Of a DNA stretch of 64,000 nt, positions 10,926 to 20,509 are shown piece after piece. The position numbers and the translations under genes are program-made. The notes under the pieces were generated by a model, which had not been told where the DNA came from, did not search any database, and was given only the letters and a program-made list of their open reading frames with translations. Each line of letters opens with the position of its first letter. Within the stretch, counting starts at the first letter, position 1. Origin of the DNA: Candidatus Moraniibacteriota bacterium (GTDB taxonomy: Bacteria; Patescibacteriota; Minisyncoccia; Moranbacterales; UBA1568); NCBI GenBank assembly GCA_963778555.1, contig CAVZUR010000004.1, positions 180,151 to 244,150 of the forward strand, read 5' to 3'.

Positions 10926-12665
10926 ATGCATCTCCCACCGCTTTCCTCCCGCCATCCGTGGCTCATGGCCATGTCCGGAGGCGTGCTCGCGCTCATCTTA
11001 GCGCTCACTCTCGCCCTGTTCGGCTGGTTCCAGCCAGTACTCTCGCTTCTCGCGCTGATGTTCCTCGCGGGCGGCGTTGGCCTAGCCCTCTTCACACTCT
11101 CCCAGCAGCACGATCGGACGCGCCTCATCGTCCTGGCCGCACTCACCCTCTTTGCGGCGCTTATTGTGCTCCGGGCCGAACCCTCCGTCTTCACCGGCCG
11201 CGATCAAGGCTCGATTGCGCTCGCCGCCTGGGAACTGGCGCAGGGACACGAACTCGCATTCAAGAGCCCGACTGGCGAAACATTCTTCGCGATCTATGGT
11301 CCCGGCCGGGCGCTCAATTTCCCCGGCTTTAGCTATACCGATACCGGTGCGCTCATTACTCAGTTTCCGCTTGGTTATATCGCTTACCTCGCGCTCTTCA
11401 CACAGTGGTTCGGTCTGAGCGGCCTCCTCGTCGCCAATGCCATCCTCTTCATCCTCTCGGGCTGGACGTTTTTCGAGTTACTTTCGCTTTTTGTCAGCCG
11501 GCGGAATGCCCTGCTTGGAATAACGCTCTTTGCGACTTCTTTTCTCCCGCTCTGGCTCGCTCAGCTCGCGCTCACTGAAAATCTCGCACTCCTACTGTTT
11601 CTCACCCTGACGGTCTCCCTTGTCCGTCTTGAGCAAAAGTTGGATGCCAGCGTTCTCCCTCTGCTCATCCTCTCGGGTTTCCTTCTCGCCTTGACGCGCA
11701 TCGAGGGCTTCGTCATCGCTCCGCTCGCCATCGGCTATATTCTGATCCGCCCGAAACTCCGCGCCCACCTCTTGGCGCTACCCAAACGCTGGACGATCCC
11801 CACACTCCTGTTTCTCGGCTTTCTCTTCCTCCGAGACTTCTTCATGAATCTTCCCTTTTACACGATGATTGCCAAGGCTGCGCTCAAATACTGGCAAGAA
11901 ATCGGCGTCAGCGGCAGTGGTGGCAATGAACCGAATCTCGGACCAATTTTCATCTCATACGGCCTCTTCGCGGTCTTCGTGCTTGGCATCGCCTCGATCG
12001 GTTTCGATCTCCTGAAGCGGCGCTTCGCGCTCCTCATTCCTGTGCTGCTTGCGCTCCCGACTTTCATCTACCTCTTTGACGGTCATATCTCAGATGATCA
12101 CCCATGGCTCTTGCGTCGGTATGCCTTTACGCTGTTCCCGCTTTTTCTCCTCGCTACCGTCATGCTCTGGAACACTCTTGAGGAGAAGCTGGCCGCCAAC
12201 CGAAAAGCACTCTTTGCGTTCGGCGTTTTTCTCATCCTTTTGACGCTTCAGCTGCGACCGGCCTACGAAGCGCTTTCGGTCGTCGAGTACGACACACTGT
12301 ACGACCAGGCACGCGCTTTCGGCGAGCAGTTCACCGACCGCGATCTCATCCTGATCGACCGCCAATCTTCAGGCGATCCGTATGCCCTCATGGCCGGCCC
12401 CCTCGCCGCCCTCGACGGGAAGAATGCCGTTTATTTTTTCAATCCCGAAGACTATGCTCGAATTGACCGCAACCGTTTCGAGCATGTCTATTTCCTCACG
12501 ACCGAGGACAGCCTCGGCCGGTACGCCGAAGCCTTCGGTAATGAACTGCTCCCAGTCGAGGTCGTCTCTTTCTCGCACCCAACCCTCGCGGCACCCAAGC
12601 CCTACGCTTGGCCGGGACAAGTCTTGATTGTCAGCGATGCAATCCTCTTCGAAGTAACGAAATGA
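10926..12665 (+). CDS. polytopic membrane protein, putative GT-C-like glycosyltransferase
   Basis: many TM helices, GRDQG loop, located in a glycosylation locus; family call is inference. Confidence 0.6.
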   Translation: MHLPPLSSRHPWLMAMSGGVLALILALTLALFGWFQPVLSLLALMFLAGGVGLALFTLSQQHDRTRLIVLAALTLFAALIVLRAEPSVFTGRDQGSIALAAWELAQGHELAFKSPTGETFFAIYGPGRALNFPGFSYTDTGALITQFPLGYIAYLALFTQWFGLSGLLVANAILFILSGWTFFELLSLFVSRRNALLGITLFATSFLPLWLAQLALTENLALLLFLTLTVSLVRLEQKLDASVLPLLILSGFLLALTRIEGFVIAPLAIGYILIRPKLRAHLLALPKRWTIPTLLFLGFLFLRDFFMNLPFYTMIAKAALKYWQEIGVSGSGGNEPNLGPIFISYGLFAVFVLGIASIGFDLLKRRFALLIPVLLALPTFIYLFDGHISDDHPWLLRRYAFTLFPLFLLATVMLWNTLEEKLAANRKALFAFGVFLILLTLQLRPAYEALSVVEYDTLYDQARAFGEQFTDRDLILIDRQSSGDPYALMAGPLAALDGKNAVYFFNPEDYARIDRNRFEHVYFLTTEDSLGRYAEAFGNELLPVEVVSFSHPTLAAPKPYAWPGQVLIVSDAILFEVTK

Positions 12666-13825
12666 CGGCTATGCGACCCCCTTTCATTCCGCTCCCCGAA
12701 CATCTCCAGCCGCTGTACACGAAGCTCCGGATCACCCTCGTGATCAGTCTCTTGGCAGTTTTCATCGGCGTCGCACACGCTTTTCTCTTTCCGACCATCG
12801 AGACCAGTTTCGATTTCCGCAATCCGAAATCCAGCCGGAATCAAATCTTCGACCCGCGCTCACCAAACGGTATGCCCCGAACCAACGGCAAGATCGAAAT
12901 AGAGGGCGAGCTCGTCGCCAATACCAGCCCGTTGGGGGATTTTTCCCGCCTCTCCGTCGCACTTGATCTTGAAAAGAAATCCGAAAATCCGAACCAGGTC
13001 GAGATAGCCGTTCGGAAGAACTACCGAGCTTTTCTCTTCCCAGTCGGAGAAAACCTCACCGGTTTTCCCGCCGCTGACCTCTATCGCATCGGTGATGTAT
13101 ACTACTCGCTCCAAGACGGGCGTCTGCACCCATTCGTGAGCGAGTCAGCGTTCCGCTCCCGGTATTCGGAAACTGCTGCGAAGATCGCAGCAGCTGAAAT
13201 GTTGGAGCGGCATCCAACCACTCCCGATTTCACCGGGTTCCGCGTCGGCAGCCTCATTTCATTTGCGGATGGTGTTTACGTCGTCGTGAGTGAGACTGAG
13301 ATCCGGCCGATCGGCAGCGCCGAAATCTTTCTTTCACTCGGGTACCATTTCGAGGATGTCATCCCGGTCAATGAAGAGGATCTCGGAATCTACAAACGCG
13401 GGCGTATCCTCCTCTTGGGTGCGTCCCATCCCGATGGCACGCTCTTTGAGGATCAGGATTCAGGCAGGCTCTACCTGATTGAAAATGGCTTGCGGCGCCC
13501 AATCGCGAATGGCGATTATCACGATTTTCTCATTTCGCAGCAGCACCCGATTCTCGCTCGTGAGCCGGGCGAGCGAGAAGTCGCTCGCTGCACCGCCACC
13601 GCCGGCGTCTTCCCGCGTGCGCTCCACTGCTCTCTGGAACTCGTCGCACTCGCCGATACGGTCGGGCCGGATTATGAAATCACGCTCTCGGGCGCCGATA
13701 CCGATATCAATATCGCAGCCTCCACGCTCGCCTTCGAGACCCGTCTTGACGCAGAGAACCTGAAAACACTCCTCGCCAAGATAAAACAGCGGCTGCTCGC
13801 ACGCTTCGGACTGACTCCGTCATAA
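12662..13825 (+). CDS. hypothetical exported or membrane-anchored protein
   Basis: long ORF overlapping the previous stop (ATGA), N-terminal TM, repeated YxIxxGxxRP-like motifs. Confidence 0.75.
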   Translation: MTAMRPPFIPLPEHLQPLYTKLRITLVISLLAVFIGVAHAFLFPTIETSFDFRNPKSSRNQIFDPRSPNGMPRTNGKIEIEGELVANTSPLGDFSRLSVALDLEKKSENPNQVEIAVRKNYRAFLFPVGENLTGFPAADLYRIGDVYYSLQDGRLHPFVSESAFRSRYSETAAKIAAAEMLERHPTTPDFTGFRVGSLISFADGVYVVVSETEIRPIGSAEIFLSLGYHFEDVIPVNEEDLGIYKRGRILLLGASHPDGTLFEDQDSGRLYLIENGLRRPIANGDYHDFLISQQHPILAREPGEREVARCTATAGVFPRALHCSLELVALADTVGPDYEITLSGADTDINIAASTLAFETRLDAENLKTLLAKIKQRLLARFGLTPS

Positions 13826-14260
13826 ATGCCTATGTCTACGTGGTTCAAAACAATTCTTGAGCGGTACGAAACCAGCGGCCAGCTCGCACTCGCGGCCAAT
13901 CTCCTCTACGACGCCGTCCTCAGCGGTTGGATTGCCTTCGCGCTATTGTACTCGCTGGAAGTGCTGCTGCCCACCTTCGTCATGGCTCGGCTCTCGCTCG
14001 TGAAATTCGCGGTTGTCCTCCTGGTATTCACAAGCCTCCTCGCCTGGATTGGACAACGACTGAAGCGGCCGGTCAATGCGTCAGACACCAAAGTCAAGCG
14101 CCTCTGGATCACACTCGCTGGTATCGCCGGACTCGTCATCATCGCGCTGGCCCACTATCGCTTCCCCTGGTGGAGTATCCCGCTCTCCGTCGGCGGTTTC
14201 ACTCTAGTCATGTGGCAGTTCTGGAAACTCGGCGACAAAAATCATGATCCGAGGATATAG
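13826..14260 (+). CDS. hypothetical membrane protein (about 4 TM)
   Basis: hydrophobic ORF directly after the previous gene. Confidence 0.7.
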   Translation: MPMSTWFKTILERYETSGQLALAANLLYDAVLSGWIAFALLYSLEVLLPTFVMARLSLVKFAVVLLVFTSLLAWIGQRLKRPVNASDTKVKRLWITLAGIAGLVIIALAHYRFPWWSIPLSVGGFTLVMWQFWKLGDKNHDPRI

Positions 14261-15360
14261 CGGAGCGTCGCTTCGGCTGTCCGATCCCAAGAAAAGCGCT
14301 CCAGCTCAACGCTCGCTTTCCGGCACAACGCGGTTTGAAGTGCTTCATCGTTCCAGAGTGTTCCGATTTTTTCCGCGATGTCCTCAGTATCCAGAGCATT
14401 GACATACAGCGCCCCATCGCCGGCTACTTCGCGCAGACTGGAATTGTCGGCCGTAATGACCGGCGTCCCGGAAGCGAATGCTTCGAGTAGCGGCAGCCCG
14501 AAACCTTCATAAAGCGACGGAAATACGAAGAGGCGCGCGCCTTGGTACAGCACTCGCAACTCCTCGAAACTCACTCTCCCGGTGAGGAGGATGTCATTCT
14601 GGAAGGGACTCGCTTTTCTCGCAGAGAGGATTTCATCCGAGAGCCACGCCGGTTCGCCGCAGAGTACGAGCCGCAGCTCAGGTATGGATCGTTTCACCGT
14701 CTCGAAAGCCCGGATAAGGCGGACAAGATTTTTTCTCGGCTGCAACGCGCCAACATAGAGGAGATACCTTCCCTGCCGCAGCCCGTAGCGCTCCAATGTT
14801 GGCTCCAACTCGGTCGAGGCCAGCCGCTCACCAAAAAATTTTCCATCGAAACCGTGATGAATAACCTGCACTTTGCTGGTTTCAAGAGTAGGAAAGAACT
14901 CTAACAGGTCACGTTTGGTCGACTCGGAGACGGCGATGAGCCGGTCTGCTTGTCGGATACAGGCGCTGAGCATAAAATTAAGCTTCCAGAGATGGCTTTC
15001 TGGGAATGTCTCAGGAAAGCGCCGAAAGGCAAGATCGTGAATGGTCGCCGTCACGTGCATGCCCTGAGGTAGACAGACTGGCGCAGCCTGAATCGGCAGG
15101 AAGAGCCGATCGGGCCGGGTCTGCCACATGTCCCAAGCAAAACGCGTCTGCATCCACGCATACGGAAAAGGCAACGACCGTTCGGTATAGTTCGAATACG
15201 CTGGTGGAGCGAGAACGGGATTGAAAACGCCCCGGTGATAGATGTGGAAGTCCGTTGCTGGAGAGAGCGGGCCGAAACGCAGCAGCAACTCGCGAACATA
15301 TACCCGCGTCCCGTCGATCCGGGTATGGTCGAGATCACTTGCCTGGATTGCTAGTTTCAT
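14242..15360 (-). CDS. family 4 glycosyltransferase
   Basis: TIHDLAF, VGALQPRKN, PSLYEGFGLPLLEA. Confidence 0.93.
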   Translation of the reverse strand: MKLAIQASDLDHTRIDGTRVYVRELLLRFGPLSPATDFHIYHRGVFNPVLAPPAYSNYTERSLPFPYAWMQTRFAWDMWQTRPDRLFLPIQAAPVCLPQGMHVTATIHDLAFRRFPETFPESHLWKLNFMLSACIRQADRLIAVSESTKRDLLEFFPTLETSKVQVIHHGFDGKFFGERLASTELEPTLERYGLRQGRYLLYVGALQPRKNLVRLIRAFETVKRSIPELRLVLCGEPAWLSDEILSARKASPFQNDILLTGRVSFEELRVLYQGARLFVFPSLYEGFGLPLLEAFASGTPVITADNSSLREVAGDGALYVNALDTEDIAEKIGTLWNDEALQTALCRKASVELERFSWDRTAEATLRYILGS

Positions 15361-16316
15361 AGATGCGGCGTTCGCTCTCTGCGGGCCCGCATGAGTTCGA
15401 CCGGCTCGGCGAAGAACATCTTCTCTTCCTTTGCTACGAACCGCTCGATGCTCGCGCCCTGATCGCGGAAGAAGCCGACCACCTGCTGGATCCGATCTTC
15501 CGGCGCGCTCGCGCCGCCCGTCACGCCGATAGTCGATACGCCTGTGAACCAGGCGGGGTCGAGATCATGCACGTCATCGACCAAGTACGCCTTCGCGCCC
15601 GTGCGTTCGGCGGTCTCACGCAAACGGTTGGAATTCGATGAGGTTCGAGAGCCTACGACGATGATAAGCGGAACGACCTTGGCTAATCCCTTCACCGCCT
15701 CCTGCCGATTGGTCGTGGCATAGCAGATGTCTTCGAGCGGCGGGGCGATAATGTTCGGATATTTCTTTTGAAGCGCGGCGATGGTTTCTTTCGTCTCGTC
15801 GATTGAAAGTGTGGTCTGAGTGAGGTAGACCATTTTTTCTGTTCGGGGGAACTGGAGCGCATCGACATCCGCAACTGACTCAACCAACGGAATCGCAACG
15901 CCTGGCGCTTCGCCGAGCACGCCGAGGCCTTCGACATGGCCCGCGTGTCCGATGTAGATGATCGCGTAGCCTTCTTTGATAAATCGCAATACTTCAAGGT
16001 GCACTTTGGTCACCAAGGGGCATGTCGCATCAATCAAGTGAAGCTTGCGCCGCCGCGCCGTCTCATAATGAGCCCGGGGCGATCCGTGGGCGGAGAAGAC
16101 GACGATTGAGCCCTCCGGGACGTCCTCAAGATTTTCCACCGTAATGGCACCTTTTTTCGCGAGATCAATCACGACGTGCTTGTTGTGGACGATCTCGTGC
16201 TTCACATAGACGGGAGTGCCGAAAAAATCCAGCGTGTCCTCGACCGCTTTCACGGCGCGCGCCACTCCGGCGCAGAATCCATGCGGCTCAGCAATCAGAA
16301 CTTTCTGAACAGCCAT
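15357..16316 (-). CDS. ispH: 4-hydroxy-3-methylbut-2-enyl diphosphate reductase
   Basis: GFCAGV, HEIVHN, SAHG, DATCPLV, DICYATTNRQ, SSNS. Confidence 0.97.
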   Translation of the reverse strand: MAVQKVLIAEPHGFCAGVARAVKAVEDTLDFFGTPVYVKHEIVHNKHVVIDLAKKGAITVENLEDVPEGSIVVFSAHGSPRAHYETARRRKLHLIDATCPLVTKVHLEVLRFIKEGYAIIYIGHAGHVEGLGVLGEAPGVAIPLVESVADVDALQFPRTEKMVYLTQTTLSIDETKETIAALQKKYPNIIAPPLEDICYATTNRQEAVKGLAKVVPLIIVVGSRTSSNSNRLRETAERTGAKAYLVDDVHDLDPAWFTGVSTIGVTGGASAPEDRIQQVVGFFRDQGASIERFVAKEEKMFFAEPVELMRARRERTPHL

Positions 16317-16318
16317 AC

Positions 16319-17056
16319 CTAGTCCTTGATGAGGGTGCCGATGAATTTCTTGCCGGCGATATAGCCAGCGACATTATCGAGGTCGCCGCCGTTCAGGATA
16401 GCGACTTCCATCCCTTCCGTTTGAGCCATGGCCGAGGCAATCGGATCGAAAGGAACGTTCATACCCGGATTCCATTTCTCACCGACGAGCTTCCGGAACG
16501 CCTTCCACACCATACGATCGAACGGTATCGCATCGCTGTGCTGATGGGGATCCTTGTCGTAGACGCGCTCGATATTCGAAAGGTTGATGATACGCTTCAC
16601 TCCTAGATATTTTCCGAGTACCACCGCGTCGAAATCCGTCGAGAAGCCCGGCCGCCAGCCGGCTGCGACGAGAATCGGCTCCGGCGCGGAATAGAAGTCC
16701 TCGAGATCATGCGGATTGGTGTTGATGCGTGGATGGGCGTATTCACGGAAGATCGTTCGAACGAGATGGGCGTTCATGCGCGTCGCATGAATTCCGAGCC
16801 AATCCTTGTCTTCGTCATTGATTTTAGTCACAGTCGCAGCTGATTCGATATACTTTCGCGCTGTCTTGCCGCCGCCGGTCACGAGGATAAAATGATATCC
16901 CTTCTTGATATGGCTGACGATGAACCGTTTGAAGTTCGCGACAAAAACATCATCAATCGACTCCGGAACGAGCAGCGATCCACCGAGCGAAATTATGATC
17001 CGCTCCGACTCCTTTTTCAACAGCTTCCTCCTAGTGATCATTTCTTTCTTCGGCAT
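16319..17056 (-). CDS. pyrH: UMP kinase (archaeal-type subfamily)
   Basis: ISLGGS, GGGKTARKY, GWRPGFSTD, PFDPIA. Confidence 0.9.
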   Translation of the reverse strand: MPKKEMITRRKLLKKESERIIISLGGSLLVPESIDDVFVANFKRFIVSHIKKGYHFILVTGGGKTARKYIESAATVTKINDEDKDWLGIHATRMNAHLVRTIFREYAHPRINTNPHDLEDFYSAPEPILVAAGWRPGFSTDFDAVVLGKYLGVKRIINLSNIERVYDKDPHQHSDAIPFDRMVWKAFRKLVGEKWNPGMNVPFDPIASAMAQTEGMEVAILNGGDLDNVAGYIAGKKFIGTLIKD

Positions 17057-18296
17057 AACGTTCATGCATATACGCACTGAGCTGATTAAACGGCACTGAC
17101 GCAATTTCTTCCCCCGAACGCTCTTTCACTTCGGCCATCCCGGACTCAAGCGACCGTCGGCCGATGATGATGCGATACGGGATGCCGAGCAGGTCCGCCT
17201 CGGCGAACTTTTCTCCAGCGTTCGCGTCGCGATCATCGTACAGCACCGCAATTCCATCCCTAGTGAGCGCCGCATAGATTTCCGCTGACTTCTCATCAGC
17301 CCCAAGCGAAAGCAAGTGGATTTGGAATGGCGCCACGGACTTCGGCCAGACGAGACCGCGTTCATCCGACAACACTTCAACGATAGTACCAAGGAGCCGG
17401 GTGGGACCGATGCCGTAGGAACCCATCACGACTGGGCGCATATTCCCCGCTTCGTCCTTATAAGTCAGCCCCAGCGCTTCGGAAAACTTCGTCCCGAGAT
17501 GGAAGATGTTTCCGACTTCAATCGATTTTTTCTCAACGAGGTCGCTTCGCGTGATGCCCAACTCAGCGAGTGATTCATCGGACAGCACTTCCTTATTCAA
17601 CGCGACTCCTTTATTCTCGTCGACGTAGATGACATCCTCGCCGGCTTCAGAAACCGTTTGAAACTCTTCAGAAAAACGGCTGAAGATACCCCCGGACGCA
17701 AATGTCACATAGGTCAGATCGCCGAGTCCAAGACGCTGAAAGACTCTTTTATAGGCCCCGCGAGCCTGCGCGTAAAAAACCTGGTGTTGTTCATCGTTTT
17801 TCGCGAATGAATACAAATCCTTCATGAGGAACTCCTTGCCACGCATGATGCCAGACTTGGCGCGCAGCTCGTTTCTGAACTTCGTCTGAAATTGGTAGAC
17901 GGCCTTCGGTAGATCGCGATAGGACGCGATATGGTTCCGCATCATATTCGTCACCGGTTCTTCGTGCGTAATACCGAGCCCCGTCGCGCCGCCGGACTTG
18001 AATTCCGTCTTGAACCAATTATCGACCTTGGCATCGTCCCAGCGATCGGTCTTCTGCCAGAGCAACTTATCCTGAAGCGCTGGCATGAGAATCTCATTGC
18101 CACCGATTCCATTCATTTCCTCACGAATGATGCCGACGATCTTCTCCAGCGTCCGAAGGCCCAGTGTCAGATAACTGTACACGCCGGCCATCTCTTTATG
18201 CACATAGCCTGCCCGGATGAGGAGCGATGCGTTTTTGCTCACCTCGTCTGCCGGAGCGGTCTTGGATGTCTTCGTAAAGAGAGCCGATTGGCGCAT
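17031..18296 (-). CDS. proS: prolyl-tRNA ligase (short form without editing domain)
   Basis: THEE, QTKFRNE, EFLMKDLYSF, IEVGNIF, MGSYGIG, anticodon-binding domain. Confidence 0.95.
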   Translation of the reverse strand: MRQSALFTKTSKTAPADEVSKNASLLIRAGYVHKEMAGVYSYLTLGLRTLEKIVGIIREEMNGIGGNEILMPALQDKLLWQKTDRWDDAKVDNWFKTEFKSGGATGLGITHEEPVTNMMRNHIASYRDLPKAVYQFQTKFRNELRAKSGIMRGKEFLMKDLYSFAKNDEQHQVFYAQARGAYKRVFQRLGLGDLTYVTFASGGIFSRFSEEFQTVSEAGEDVIYVDENKGVALNKEVLSDESLAELGITRSDLVEKKSIEVGNIFHLGTKFSEALGLTYKDEAGNMRPVVMGSYGIGPTRLLGTIVEVLSDERGLVWPKSVAPFQIHLLSLGADEKSAEIYAALTRDGIAVLYDDRDANAGEKFAEADLLGIPYRIIIGRRSLESGMAEVKERSGEEIASVPFNQLSAYMHERYAEERNDH

Positions 18297-18393
18297 AGGG
18301 GATGACGTTTTCTTTATTGTACGGAATGCTCCGGCGAGTGTCAAAGAAAAATGGCCTTCTCAAGCCTCAAATCGAAAAACTTCCGCTCCTCCA

Positions 18394-19563
18394 TCAACGG
18401 GGAAGTGAAAGCGTAATCCCATTCCCCTCCCGGAGAACAGTAAGTACAAGCGGCGCATCAGCCGCTGCTTCATAGAGCGCGACTGAGAACGGCCAATCGA
18501 GATTTATCTCCCGGCCGTTGACCGCCGTCACGATATCGCCATACCGCAGTCCAGAACGTTCGGCCAGCGAACCGTCGATAACCGCTAACCCAGGATTTTC
18601 TGAAGGCGTGAAAATCAGCGCTCCCCGATCCCGCGACACTCCGTGCAAAAGTCCCGTCTCCTTCGTCAGCGTGACATAGTAGGCTCCGAAATTCGCGTGA
18701 CCAGCCCCAGCATCAACAATTATCCGCTGCAATGATTGCCGCAACGCATTAGCAGGTAAAATGAATGCCCGTTCTCGACCATCAAGCTGTATCGTTCCAA
18801 TAAGCCCGATGAGCTCGCCATTGATCGCGACGGCCGCGGCGCCGGTGAAATCTGCGTCGAGCGGACGATCCGGAAGGAATACCCCTTCCCATTCATCCGT
18901 CGAAGCAACCGTTTTTCCAGAAAGATTGAAAGCTCGGTCACGGGCACCGATATAGCCCGATGAAAGCGTCCCCTCTTCCGGATTGGAAAGACCTGACAGG
19001 GCGATAAAACGGCGGCCCGAACGCACATCCAAAGAATTTGCGAAACTTATCGCCGGCGTGTCGGCACGCTCAGTCCGAAAATAAGCAACATTCATGACCG
19101 AATCATACGCCAAAAATTCTGCTTGCGAAGCATTGCCATCGGAAAAAAATACGGTGAAACGGCGGTTTGCGGTCAGCGGGACCTCATTCGCATACGTCGC
19201 CACGACACCATCATTCGTGACCAGGACGCCCGACATTTCATCGGTCGCCATGCGGGCCAAAGTGCGCGCAGCCTTCTCCGACGGTACAGAAACGATACTT
19301 ACAGTCGCCGATCGAGGCGACGCGATGAAACGCTCCAAGCCCTCCTCTTGAGGAAAGGCGACCGGCTCCGACCGTTCAACCGCTGTCAGATCGCTCGAAG
19401 ACGGTGGCAACGGAAGATTTTTCGTCCATGACCACGCTGGCAGCCTGGATAAGAGTGCAGCGGAAAGTGTCACACCGAACGTCCCTGAAACGATGGTCAG
19501 GACGACAAAGAGGATGCCCCAGAGGAAAAATTTCTTCACGGCAGGTAAAAATCCCATAATCAA
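18394..19563 (-). CDS. trypsin-like/PDZ protein (HtrA-like, probably catalytically degenerate)
   Basis: SGVLVTNDG and C-terminal PDZ (GLRYGDIVTAVNG); TNxH and GNSGG motifs are absent. Confidence 0.75.
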   Translation of the reverse strand: MIMGFLPAVKKFFLWGILFVVLTIVSGTFGVTLSAALLSRLPAWSWTKNLPLPPSSSDLTAVERSEPVAFPQEEGLERFIASPRSATVSIVSVPSEKAARTLARMATDEMSGVLVTNDGVVATYANEVPLTANRRFTVFFSDGNASQAEFLAYDSVMNVAYFRTERADTPAISFANSLDVRSGRRFIALSGLSNPEEGTLSSGYIGARDRAFNLSGKTVASTDEWEGVFLPDRPLDADFTGAAAVAINGELIGLIGTIQLDGRERAFILPANALRQSLQRIIVDAGAGHANFGAYYVTLTKETGLLHGVSRDRGALIFTPSENPGLAVIDGSLAERSGLRYGDIVTAVNGREINLDWPFSVALYEAAADAPLVLTVLREGNGITLSLPR

Positions 19564-19608
19564 TCTAGACGGGTTGTACCATATCCGAATCGTCCCGGCA
19601 ATGTTCCA

Positions 19609-20364
19609 TCAAGCACGCATGCGCCAGGGAGATGTTACCAGCAAAAGGATCAGGAGTGCCAGGAGAATCAAGCTTTCGACCAATATTCTCCGAAAGGCTA
19701 TCGTCCCCCGAAGGAAATCTAATGCGGCGCGCCACAGCACATGAAAAAAAATAAGCATCGCGGCACCAATCGTAAGATAGCTGAAGGGCCAGAAATGCAC
19801 CGTCCAGACTAGCTCGCCCATGACAGTCCCGAGTGACAGTGCTATGAGCAGCACTTCGTGAGCATCATCCTTCCCAGCCCAAAAAAGTGTCTGGAACGCG
19901 ACAATCGTAGTCGCCAGAAAGAACACGAGCATGAGCAAGGAAAGCGGAACAGCATAGTTGAGATACAAACCATATGCGGCGGCGTACGCGAAGAAGAGAC
20001 TAGCGTGAGCGGCCGTGTTGAGCAGTGCGCGAGCCGTTTCATCGCTCGGGATAAGCTTCAGTCGGTAGATGCCGAGCAGCGAACCGTAAAAAAGCAAGGC
20101 TGCGACCCAGACGAAGACGTGCCGCTCGAAAGCCACATCGATAAGCGACATGAGCAGGAGCGTGCTGAACGCGACGACACTCGGAAGAAATGCAGGGTAC
20201 CATTTGTCGGTCAACTGCCGAGAAGCGGCCATCGAGAGCAGTACGAATACTCCCGTCGATAGGCTGTACCAGGTCCAGGAAGGGACGATCGGCTCACGGA
20301 TGAGAAAGGTGAGCATCCCGAAAAACAGACCCGAGTAGAGGAAGACTGTGAAGTGGAAAATCAT
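19609..20364 (-). CDS. hypothetical polytopic membrane protein
   Basis: hydrophobic ORF with about 8 TM. Confidence 0.75.
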   Translation of the reverse strand: MIFHFTVFLYSGLFFGMLTFLIREPIVPSWTWYSLSTGVFVLLSMAASRQLTDKWYPAFLPSVVAFSTLLLMSLIDVAFERHVFVWVAALLFYGSLLGIYRLKLIPSDETARALLNTAAHASLFFAYAAAYGLYLNYAVPLSLLMLVFFLATTIVAFQTLFWAGKDDAHEVLLIALSLGTVMGELVWTVHFWPFSYLTIGAAMLIFFHVLWRAALDFLRGTIAFRRILVESLILLALLILLLVTSPWRMRA

Positions 20365-20509
20365 GGGCGGTTTTTCTGCTTGATCAGTGGCTCAAAGTCG
20401 AACTTCCCTCCTCCTGCTCAATCACGCGAAATCGCGAGCCTGCTTGAATCTTACCCGTGACAACGAGAGATGCCAAGCGATTGGAAACCGGACGGAAAAG
20501 CGGCTTTTC

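Noticed and set aside
20395-20407. AAGTCGAACTTCC, a 13-nt match to the RAYT REP in an intergenic region
   Set aside because: Only part of the stem is present, so it may be chance or a decayed copy.
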